From Octopus bimaculoides (lineage: Eukaryota), in assembly GCF_001194135.2 (NCBI RefSeq), contig NC_068981.1, positions 57,535,272 to 57,599,271 of the forward strand: DNA of 64,000 nucleotides, in the 5' to 3' direction. Position numbers and translations under genes: made by a program. Numbering within the stretch: the first letter of the stretch is position 1; every line of letters starts with the position of its first letter. The notes beneath the pieces were generated by a model that searched no databases, was not told where the DNA came from, and worked only from the letters and a program-made list of their open reading frames with translations. This document shows, one piece after another, positions 1 to 12,647 of the stretch.

Positions 1-28
1 TGTAAAAAATGGAAAACTTTAGACTCAC

Positions 29-168
29 ATCCAGCTTTTAACAACAATACCAACAGTTGCTGTGTCAGTTGCTTGTTTCTTTTCTTTCATTAGACTTCGG
101 ATCAGTGTTGTTTTTCCATGGCCACCGTAACCCATCACCATCATCTTCATGGAATATTGTCGCTGGCA
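29..168 (-). CDS. LRRK2: exon 33 (Roc GTPase P-loop and switch I), phase 0/2
   Basis: gtgtttatag / GTGAGT; CQRQYSMKMMVMGYGGHGKTTLIRSLMKEKKQATDTATVGIVVKSW. Confidence 0.96.
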
Positions 169-3100
169 CTATAAACACAAAACAGAAAACTGAGTAAAGA
201 GATTCCTAATTGATGTTAAATTTCTAGCCTATTAAATATATTTTCATATATTAATTTTTTCCTGTTTAATACTGTATTCTAGATGGTTCAATTTCTGTCA
301 TTAGGTACAGTATTCCAAGATAGACATATTCTATAGACCGTTTAAACTCAGAGCTTTATTTCTAATAATAATAATCTATTTCTGATTTCTAAATTAGAAA
401 TAAAGATGATGAGTTCAAGCCCATCCTATAGCCTGGTAACAATCAGAATTTGGACTGATCCAAAACATAGTTTTGAGTAGAAAAACACAAAAGTTGTTAT
501 TAATTGTCATCATCATTTAGTATCCATGTTCTGAGAAATTGTCATTGTCATCATCATCATTTAACGTCTATGTTCCATGCGGGCATGGGCTGAGAAATTT
601 CATTAGTACAACAATAATCCATCTTAGAAATTTCAATGTTTTTGACATATAACAAAACACATAGAAGTTGGTATTGTTGTTGAATAACCCTGGGAAACTA
701 GGCATAGTAGACGTATGACAAAGATCATAAGGACACAGATTTTTTAAAAGAGAAGTATGGTAGGTTGAACTGATTTTAATACATGTTTGTTACTCATTTT
801 ATCAACATCAAGGGTCAAACAGCAGAGTCAGCAGTTTATTTTTGACATTCAACTCAGAATATTTAAGTCTGATGCACTCTAATATAATTATATATGCATT
901 CAAGTTATTAGAATGTGTAACTCTTTGCTTATGTCAAACAGATATAAATTCAGAGGAGTAAAATACTCAAATAGGTTTTAGTTTGTACAAATTAAGAAAG
1001 AATCAAGTTACATACATTTTTTAATCTGTAACTGAGATCCAGAATGATGTCCCTCACTCTTCCTTTCATAAGTGTATTACTGAGGGAGATCTCTAGGCCA
1101 TCCAGTGGCATCTGAAGAGAAAATGTTTTTATTTTGAACAGGAACAAAATGGAGAATAAATAGGTGGGGAGTGCATTTAAAGTTAATAAGAACAGAATAA
1201 AAGCTGTGATGATATTCCTTGCTGATGAATGGTACAAATCTTCTATACTAATCAATTAAATAGGCATTTATAGGAGAAAATGACAGTCATTACATATGCA
1301 GAGTGCTCATAAATTATCTTTACAACTTTCACAATTTATTGTATCAATTAAAGTTGAAATCCAATGAAACCTGCATAGAAGTGTTCTGATTTTTCTAATA
1401 AACCTTAATTTGTTTGCCTATGTTTTCCAATAATCTCTGCTGAGTTATCCTTAGTTTTCAAAGTTGAAAAGGTAATTTATGGGCACCCTGTATAGTAAAA
1501 TGGACACTAACATACTCAGCCAAGAAATCTGAAATAATTAAAATTACACAGCAGTGGATACACTGGACACTCACCAAACACCTAGAGATTCAACTGATGA
1601 TGCTTACATCCACATGCTATGGGCCATCCTGAATACTTTGTGGAAAAGCTCCCAATCAATGACTATATGAAAACTTTCTTGCAATCACTGATATTGTTAC
1701 AGAAAGGCATATGCATTTTTAAAGGACATAACTGGAGAGTTAGGCAAGTACTCATTAATCATACATTCTTATGGAAATTCCAGTATATATACACATGGGT
1801 TCACTTTGTAGCATAAGCCATCATTTGTCTGGACAAACATTAACCTCCCAAACACTGTGTAAGATTGTAATGGATGACATAATCATGTTAGGAAAATCTG
1901 AGTAAGTTCAAGTAAATGAAAATTTCACCCTTAGTGATTATTAAATCATTTCTAAACAGTAGGAGAAAAAATCCTGAAATTTAATTAATTACAGTTAAAT
2001 AAGTATGGAATACAGTTGATAATGAGTCAAATCTTTCACAGTATGGTGACAACTTGGGGCATATTTTTGATATTATTAGGTCTCACTAACAAAGCATTGC
2101 AACTGCTAGAGCTTAGAACAACTACAGAGATATGGAGGATATTTGTGAATGAACACTGCCTCTGGGCAAAATGAATTTTACATAACTTATATTATTTAAC
2201 TGAAATACAATTACCTGAAATTATTCAAAGATGTTCAGGTGGGAGGTTTATCTTTCATTTTCCTAATGTCATAGATTGAGAAGCTTATTTCTGATGTTAG
2301 GTTGCTTTAGGGTATATGTATATAAAGAAACAGTAGTAATATAAACATAGAATAAAATCCATACCTCCCATATTTTGTCACAAGCTCCGAGTTCATCTGG
2401 AAGGCAAGTAATTCCTTTATTGTAGCTAAAGTTCAAAGACCTCAGTGACTCCAAGTAACCAATTTGTCTTGGAAGCTAAATAAGAAATATATCATAAGAA
2501 CACATTCATCATAAATTATGTCTTTAAAGATAAGTTTGTTATACAATATTTTTTCATAAGCCTAGAGCCAAAAGTTTTCATGCCAAGTCTTTGATGAAGA
2601 ACTGAATCAAACACTTTATTATAATCAATGGTCCATCTACGAAGCAATCCAGACAGGAACTAGTGTTCTGACTGTGAGCCGAAGGATGTTAACTAATGAC
2701 CTTCCATTAGTCCCTGAAAAAACAATGAGCTGGTTACAACTGGAATGCTTCTGATCTTAGATCTCAATCAGAGCAGAACTAGAGTTAAGCAACAACAGCC
2801 AAATCTTGGGAGATCATTATGCCAATAATAAGCACATACATACACTGATACTATTTCACTTCTTTTATCATTATTAGCCAATTGGTTAAATGATTAGTAA
2901 TTGACTAATCATCATCATCGTTGTCATCATTGTTTAACATCTGTTTTCCATGCTGGCATGGGTTGGACAGTTTGACAGGAGCTAGCCAGCTGGGGAGCAG
3001 TCCAGACCCCAGTTGTCTGTTGTGACATGGTTTCTACAGCTGAATGCCCTTCCCTTCCTAATGCCAACCACTTTACAGTGTTCTGGGTGCTTTTTACTTG

Positions 3101-4029
3101 CCACCAGCATGAGTACAGTTATGCAACACCAGCACAAGTGCATTTTCCATGGCACTGGCACTTGTAAAGGACAATCCTGTATGTATGGATGACAGTGATT
3201 TTACTTGGCTTAACACATCTCAAATACAAGAAATTGCCACAACTCCCAGTCCCTTGTCGTTTTTACAGTGAGGCCCAACATCTGAAGATCTTTCCTCACC
3301 ACTCCGTCCCACTTTGGTGGTGGTAGTGGTGGTGTTGACAACAATGACATGTGTGATATTAATTTTCCTTTTAAGTAAAAACACCAGAAAGTATTTAATT
3401 TCATATAAGATAAGTTTCAGTTAAATGAAACTATCAAGAGAAATGATGTAGAGATGTTACAAGTCACTATTTCTACTGGTGAACGAATATGAAAATATTG
3501 TAATTATAAATAAAAAGAAAAAAAGAAACACTTTAATATAAATTCATCTTAATATGAGTGAGAAATAAAACAAAATACATACATTGGATAAGAAATTGTG
3601 AGAAATGTCCAAAACTTCCAAGTTACTCCAATTCTTTGCACCTTTTGATAAATCTAACTATATATATATAAAATTTAAAAAACAGCATTTTATTAGAATA
3701 AAATTTACAGCTTGAGATCAATGTGAAAAAAAAAATGTTTGCATTAAAACACTTATTCTCAGTTTTCATATATTTTTCTAACTCATATATCCATAACAAA
3801 AGTAAATGATGAAAATCATAGACATCTTGTGAATTAATCTTTTTAGTTCTTTAGTGCATTTTAGTCAAGGCCATGTTAGAACAGTGTCTTTTAGTACATG
3901 AAAATATACTTTCTTTCACTGTGAAGGTTAACATTGATAAGATATTAAAAGAAAAAGTTAATATTAAAGAAAGATTCTGAAATGTTAATTATATTTAAAA
4001 TAATATATATAGGTGTTTGTTTATGTGTA

Positions 4030-4062
<33 letters not shown>

Positions 4063-4105
4063 GACAGAGAGAGAGAGAGACAGAGAGAGAGAGAGNNNNN
4101 NNNNN

Positions 4106-4171
<66 letters not shown>

Positions 4172-4527
4172 TTGGGAGTGTCAAAAGAAAATATGAGAAG
4201 AGAAAAATTAATTAAACAGTGCATAAAAATGTATTAGTGAATGGTAAGTGGTGTAGAGTAAAAGTAATCTTAAAGTGAGGCATGTTCAAGACCCATTTCA
4301 TCAAGACCCATTTCATGCCCAAGAAGGGCATGAACATCACTGAAAGTCTTATTCTTTTTCTCTTAGGAATTTAAAATCTAGTGCATGTATAGGAGATTAA
4401 CAAATATGTCAGAAATAACATAAATCAACAAATATCTGGAACATCCCCCTCTATCTATCCTCTCCTGACCACTTATACTCTCCCCATCCCCTGTGCATAG
4501 GTCCTGATGCATTTCCAACACCATCTA

Positions 4528-4609
<82 letters not shown>

Positions 4610-7598
4610 TCTATCTGTCTTTCTCTCTAACTCTATTTCTATCCCTTTATTATACCTTAACCTCTCACCTGGCACAAAGCTACTTTCCTCAGTTCCATTC
4701 CATCTTCCAGTTGAGAAGTCTTCATCTCATGAGTTACTTGGTGACCCCACTGAAGTTGGTGCCATGTAAAAAGCACCAGTACTGGTGCTACATAAAAAGC
4801 AGACAATGGAGCCTGGTGCAGCTCTCCAACTTGTCAGCTTCTGTCAAACCATCTAACCCATGCCAGCATGGAAGACAGATGTTAAATGACACTGCTGCCA
4901 CTACAAAATAACATATCTGCACGATTGTGAAATGGAATAACATGTCAGATTATGCAGTACTAAATACAATGCCTGGAAATAAGATGAGACAGTCATGGCT
5001 AGAAAGATTTTGATTACCAGGCTGATTTATCAGAGTTTGCCTGGGCCAAAGAAATAACAATATATCAGTTCATAAATAATTGAATTCTTATTATCTTTGA
5101 TTTGTGGGCTTTTATTTTGTTTGCTTTCGTTTATTCCGATTTTCTAAAAGTGCTTCTCCTCTAACATGCGCGCACACACACACACAAATACACATAATAA
5201 CTGAAACATACACATAGAGATATATAATGAATAATTTCAATCAACTTACATCATATATAAGGTTATCAGAAATATACAATTTTTTCAGTTCTTCACAAGC
5301 CCACATAGCTGGTGGACAAATATTGGTGAGACTGTTGAACCTTAAATCTAGACAGACCAGACTAAAAAAGAAAAACAAATAGAAAGCAAAACAGGAATTG
5401 ATTATTTAAAAGATAAAAGATGTTTTCCTTTTTATAAATTCAGCTTCACAGGGAGAAAAATAATTATATTGTTTTCAATGACATCTGCTTGTCTATGTCA
5501 GACATTAAAGTAAAGTTTTCAAGTTCTCTTTTCAAGTGGAGAACTTTTCTGTTTCACTTTCATTTTTATAATTGTTTGGTCAGAGGAAGAAGGGCAGCAC
5601 ACATAATATTCTTTGCCAGGCCTCTGAAACTGGTGGGGAAAGGAAAGGAGAAACCATAGCTCATTGGCAGAGTCATTTTAAGGCATGGGCACAATGGGCA
5701 GAATCCAAGAGCCTGATGGTTTTAGGGACCCAAATCTGATTTATGAATGCCATAGCTTGCTGTCAATAAATATATGCTTGTGCACTGATTTGCCCGAGGG
5801 CCGATAATACTGCCAAGTTTGTCTTGTGCATTGATTATTGCTAACCAATTACTTTGATTGTAAGTAGCCTAGTTGGAAGTCAGTAGCTAGGAATGGACCT
5901 GCCATCAAATAGTGCTGTATACTAAAGCACTGGCCATAGGTCAGTACCCTGTTGTGTCTGGTTGGAGCAGGGCTCTAATGAAGAAGTACTTCCACCTGTA
6001 CTCTTTAGCAAGTAGAGACACTACTCAAAGGAAGATACAATTAGAAACAGTACACGGAGACATTGAGTAATTTTCAGACTAAAGATTTGGTTCAGAGAGA
6101 TAGTGAGTCATCATCATGTGTGTATATATTTATATATATATATCAGATTTCAACCTGTGTATCAAGCCCAGCTATAATCCATTTCAGTTATTTCTTTTGT
6201 ACTTTATGGTACCACACCTATTTTTAAAACACATTAACTTTCACTGCTTCTTCACATTTTACTTCTTTTATTATTATTGCTATTATTGAATATTTACATT
6301 CAGTCTTAGAATATTTTCATTACACCCATTAACCTTGTCATACAAGTATTAGATTCAACAGTCTTTGTAAGGGTTATTTCTTGTTTATATGGTGCAAAGC
6401 ATTGTAAACCATGTTTTAAACACACTCATTGTGAGGAAGCAATGAAAATGTTTAAAGTATAGGTGGTGCCTGTTAGAATACAAAAAAAAAATAAATAAAA
6501 TAAATGAAATGGAAATGGAGTCAGTCACCATAAACACAAATTATGAAAAATGATAAATGAGAAGATTGTAAGCCTTGCTACATAAAAGCAACAAACACTG
6601 TAGAAAAGATCAACTTTTCAAAAGAACAAGGTCAAACATAAACCAACCAGAAATATATACTTTTCCTAAATTAGAAATTCTCTCTCTCTCTCTCTCTCAA
6701 GTTGAAAGGCAGATTGTTTGATGCTTATGTGTGAACAGCTATGCTGCATGGTAGTGAAACATGGGCTGTGACAGTCAAGGACATGCATAGGCTTGAAAGA
6801 AACGAAACCAGTATGCTTTGCTGGATGTGTAGTGTCAGTGTGCATGTTTGACAGAGTGTATGCATCATAAGAGAAAAGTTAGGTATAAGAGGCATCAGAT
6901 GTAGTGTGCAAGAGAGACGACTGCATTTGTATGGTCATGTGATGCATATGGACAAGGAGATCTGTGCAAAGAAGTGCCGATCTCTAACTATGGAGGGAGG
7001 TAGACTCAGGAAGACATGGAATGAGGTGGTGAAGCATGATCTTCAAACTTTGAGCCTCACAGGGGCAATGACTAGTGACTGAGACCTTTGGCAATGTGCT
7101 GTGTTCGAGAGGACTCGTCAAGCCAAGTGAAGTCATAGTTGTGGTAACTGGCATCCGAGCTGGTGGCATGTGAAGAACACCTTTCAAGCATTGGGCCCCA
7201 CGGAGGCAAAGTGGTTGAGCTCCTTTCGAGCATTGGGCCTCATGGAGGCAAAGTGGCTGAGTTCTTTTTGAGTGTTGGGCCACATAGAAGCAATGACCAA
7301 GACCTTTGGCATTATGTCATGCATGGGAGAAGACCTATCAAGCTGAGCAAAATTACAGTTGTAACAGATACCAGTGTCACATAAATGGCATCTATGCCAG
7401 TGGTACATAAAAGCACCCTGGTGTCTCACAAACAGCACCCAAGCTAGTGGTATGTAAAAGCACCCATTACGCTCTTGGAGTGGTTGGCATTTGTATTTAT
7501 CATTTTATTATAAATGCAAAACAACACCCTGGAGGAATTGACGTAAGCTTAAATAATAAACAGCAATAGGTGACCCGTGATATGGCAAGGGATTACTG

Positions 7599-7653
<55 letters not shown>

Positions 7654-10325
7654 TTATAACTTTTTATTTGCTAACATAAAACACAGAACAATACAGATAC
7701 ACACACACACACACACACACACACACTCAAGATGAATGCTAGCTGCAACAAACAAACAGCTACACTCATACATAAAGATGAAAATACACACTAATATGAT
7801 TGGCAATGCTTAGTGACATGCAAACAGAAAGGAACTCTTTCAAAAAGACAAATGAATTTAATACTCATATCATAAGGTGAAAGACAGGCAAATAGAATTT
7901 TCTGAGAATGAATGTAAAATATTTTAAAATAAATTATTTTTACCTGCGTAACTTCAGGATAAACTTAGGAAGGTACCATGGTTCTTTGGTACCAAGATTG
8001 TTGTGATTAAGATGAAGACTATGAAGCATTGGTAATTCATTCAAAATCTTTTCACTTGGTAACTTTTCTGTAAAGTAAGAATGAATTTCAACAAGATATA
8101 CATCATCATTATGACAATCATAATGTGTGTAGTCATTGTTGGTAGCAATGGTAATGGTGCTCCTGCTGCTGAACCACCATCACTGCCACCATAACCATGG
8201 CTGCACTATTACCACTGCCACTGCCTCTATCACAATAAAGATATGATCAATTTCTGCTGCTTTATTCTCTACCACCAACAGCATCAACACAGATAGCAGG
8301 TTGCTTAACCAGCTAAAAATAGTAGCCAAATTGCTTTCTAATCTTTACACTTAGCCATCTTACAAGGAGCAGGATATATTGGATGATGGTAAATTTTAAT
8401 GCAGAAATTCCAAAAATTAATACTCCTGCTCACCAGAATCATTTGGAATTACTTAAGAACATAAGAAGTACACTTTTGTGTGGTAGGCCTAATATGCCAA
8501 CCATTTTAATATCAACACTGAGTCTTTGGACGCCTTTAACAAAGTTAATTCTATTGCAAGATCTCAAACCAAAACCTCAGTTGTCTCTTCATCTACATAT
8601 TTCCTTAGACCATCAACTAACACTGGTTCAGGCTCAGCATTGTCTACAAAAGTCTTTCAAGACTAGAAGGGCTTCCTCCATAATTTATTTAAAGAAAATG
8701 AGCGAAACAACAGAAATTTATGGTATCCCTTTGAAATTTCTTGTGTCACTTTCTAGTGTATTTGTGTCATGCTTCTCAATAAGGCTATAGAGTAGAGACC
8801 AAATTAAAAATAGTTTAAGAACCATTACAGCATATCCTACGGTCAGTACGTTAAAGTCAGGATCATTGTGGCTTATTATAGTGCCAGCACAATACATTTT
8901 ACTGTCATGACAAGATAATATAGTGCCATTGTTATACATTTTAGTGTTATTCCAGCATTACAATGACATCACACTCTAGTAGCATCACAACAGAATTTAC
9001 TTTAGTGACATGAAATATTCCAGACTCATTCCAGCCTATACTAGTGTCATCCTAGCGTAATTTAGTGCATTCACATCATGCACAAGTCTAACTGCAGCAT
9101 GTTTAACCCTCATCACAACATATTCTAGTATTGTCACAACATAAATAAGTGTTATAGTAGCCTATTTATATATGAATATTTACCATGATAAAGTATTCAA
9201 ATATCATTACAATTATTTTACTATAATCTAAACATATTCTGGTGTTATAATCACACAAGGAATTTCTACCTAATTAAGATCTCTATTCAAGTGAAGACAG
9301 TATCTTATTTCTAAAACAAAAAAAAGTAAACAATTAAACAACAAAACAAAAAAAAAAGGCATTTTCTCTTGAAGCATAAAAGCATTGACTCCTTGCGATT
9401 TCATTTTTTCACATACAATCCCAAACAACCATCATTTGCCAGTCAACAAAAATATTAATCCTTGTATTATATATTATATATACATGCATATAAATTTTAA
9501 TATCTATAATCATTGTTATTTTACTCTACAAAGCTGAAATCTAACAAAAACAAATTAAACTAAATTCTTTAAATTCAATTAGAGGTACAATTAAAATAAA
9601 CAAAATTTTCAAAATTTCAGCACCTCACGAAAAGGCCTGAAAACCATGTGGTTGGGATGCAAATGTTTTAACCATGCAGCCACAACAATGTTTCAAAAAT
9701 TCTCCGTTTGTGTCTACTAGAGGAACATAGGCATTTACAGGAGTATATATAACGAAACTAAAATAAATAACTAATAAGTAAAATTCTTCCTTTTAGAAAT
9801 GCTTCAGGCAAATTGCAAAGAACAATCTTATTAGAAAACCCACCTAGATTATTTTCATTCATTTTAAAGATGGTCAGTTTATTGCAACCAATAAAAAACA
9901 GTTCAGGTACAGTGGTGATTTGATTGCCTGATAGATTCAGTTTTAAAAGCCTTCTTAATTGAAGTGGTTTGTTCTCAATCACAGTCATCTTCATGCTAAA
10001 AGAACAAAATCAGAAAATAAGCACGTGTGTATTTTACTCTGAGAATTTGAAAGTTAAGAGGAATTAGCAAAAGTGTGTATTATATCACTACAAACCTGTC
10101 CAATCAAATCTTTTCTGAACTTATAAAAAAAGAAACCAGTTTAAGAACCATTAACAGAGAGGCAGACAAGAGAACAAAGGAAGGAAACAGTCATGCATTT
10201 GTTATGTAATGTTCAATATCAGTTGATTCTGACAACCAGATTTATCTACATGAAGAATCTGCAGTGCAAACAGCCCAAACTACTACTTACTTAAAAATCA
10301 CACTACAGCAGAAGACACTATCATT

Positions 10326-10415
<90 letters not shown>

Positions 10416-11858
10416 ATCTATCTATCTATCTATCTACATATAACCACAGCAGATGTCCAATTAAGTTACTGCATGAAAAGAACTTTCTGCCCTTACTTTA
10501 TCATCCGTTATTGGATTGGTCATGTTCAGTACAATCTTTTAACAATAAACACGAATAAAAACAACTTCTCTCATCCAGTTCTCCAACTTTCCATTCATCT
10601 TATTGTTAAATTGGTGGCAACCTTCTTGCTGAGGTTAAACCAAACTGTGAATTTGTCATCATAAAACATGATTTTAACATTTTTAATGCTAGATTTATTA
10701 GAGCTGTTGGTCATCCCTGAACTTGCAAGCTCTATGCTGCATATGCACACACACACACAAACACAATCATCATCATCATTTAACATCTGTTGTCCATGCT
10801 GGCATGGATTGGACAGTTTGATCAGTGCTGGCAAACTGGAGAGCTGTACCAGGTTCCAGTCTGATTTGGCATGGTTTTTGCAGCTGGATGCCATTCCGAA
10901 TGCCAACCACTTTGCAGGTTGTACTGTGTACTTTTACATGGCACTGCACAGGCACTTTTATATGGCACAACATAGATGCTTTAATAGAGCACTGCACAGG
11001 TGCCTTTATGTGGCACCACTTGGGTGCTTTTACATGCCACTGCATGGGCGGGCACTTTTTATGTGGCACTGGCACAGGATTCTTGCAGATCAATCCTCCA
11101 GGGGGATTGATTTTAACACTTCTGCTGTGGAGTGCAGGTCTTCTTGAGTACATCTAAACTTATGCAATACCTCAATTTCTCTTCCCTTGATCATTGTCTT
11201 AGTTCTTACTTTTCTGATCCCCATAATCTTTTTTCCCTAAAAATATCTCCTTTTGAACCTTTTTCCAACAAAAGTCTGCTTCTTAAGCTTTAGCAAATTA
11301 TATTTCCTGCACTAATTTCACTCAGTTATGCCTACTGGCATATTGTCTCTTGTTTTAAAAGTAACTAATAAAAAGGTCATACTTGGACAGGTTAAAATAG
11401 TTCTTACTTTTTGAGGTACAAATATTCCAATCCAGGAAAATGTTCTGTAAGCCAAGATGGAAACTGCTTTAGAGTATTTCCTGATAAGTTTAATTTCTTT
11501 AAACTAAATAAAACAGGAGAAGCTGCACAAGAAATGACTTCAAAGTCTTCAATCTGTGTTAAACAAAAAGAAAGAAAGAAAAAAAAAACGAAAGAAAAAA
11601 GTGAAAGAAAAAAATATTTCATTATTGATTTTGCAGAAAACTTTCCACAAATGGGAGGAAATTTCAAACTGAATATACAAAATAATTTTTTTATGATGCT
11701 GAAACAAATACCACACCTTATTGTGTTTGATCTTTAGAGTTTCCAAATGGGAACAATTTAAAACAGCAGTCGGGAATTTTTGAAGATTATTATTGGACAT
11801 GTCCAATTCCTTCAGTTCAGGCAGAAACTAAAGTAAAAAAAAAAAAAAATTAATAATG

Positions 11859-11921
<63 letters not shown>

Positions 11922-12607
11922 CCTTCTAATTGATGTTTCAATACCAGCAGATGACAACGTTTCTCTAAAAGAAATGGAAAAACTTTCAAAATACAAAGAC
12001 CTGGAAATAGAGATAACTCGAATGTGGAATCTAAAAACAGAAACAATTCCTATCATAGTAGGTGCCTTAGGTATAATAAAAAAATATTCAGACAAATACA
12101 TAACAAAAACACCAGGACTTACAAATATATATAACATACAGAAAATTGCACTACTGGGTACTGCACACATTCTACGCAAAACACTTTCAATACAGTAAAC
12201 ATAAGAGCACCACAGCAAACCACAGCACATACCCAAGGCGCACAGAGCTGCGCTCGGTAGTGAAGTGAAAGCACGTTATAAAAATAAAACTACTGAATAA
12301 TAATAATAATTCCCTTAAAGTTTGAAATAAGAAGAATTTGGAGCATGGAACAGTAAAGGTCGTACCTATAATAATCTGTGCATTGGAAACAGTAAGCCAA
12401 GATATAGACAAATGGATGAAGGAGATTGAAATAGAATGCCCAGTAGAGCTCCTACAGAAAGTTTGTCTCTTAGGGACAACAAGGATTATCAGGAGGGTTC
12501 TAAGCAGTTGAAAGACTGCTGAAAACTTGTGGATACCTAAGGTTACAGGTAGTAACCCACTATTCACATAATTCCCACCAGGAATAAGATTGAACCTGAG
12601 CCAAACC

Positions 12608-12647
<40 letters not shown>

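Noticed and set aside
3945-4224. ORF-track ORFs such as poly-(ER), (SL), (HT), (CV) here and at 4451-4911, 23651-24378, 33138-33341
   Set aside because: Translations of dinucleotide microsatellites; no coding evidence.
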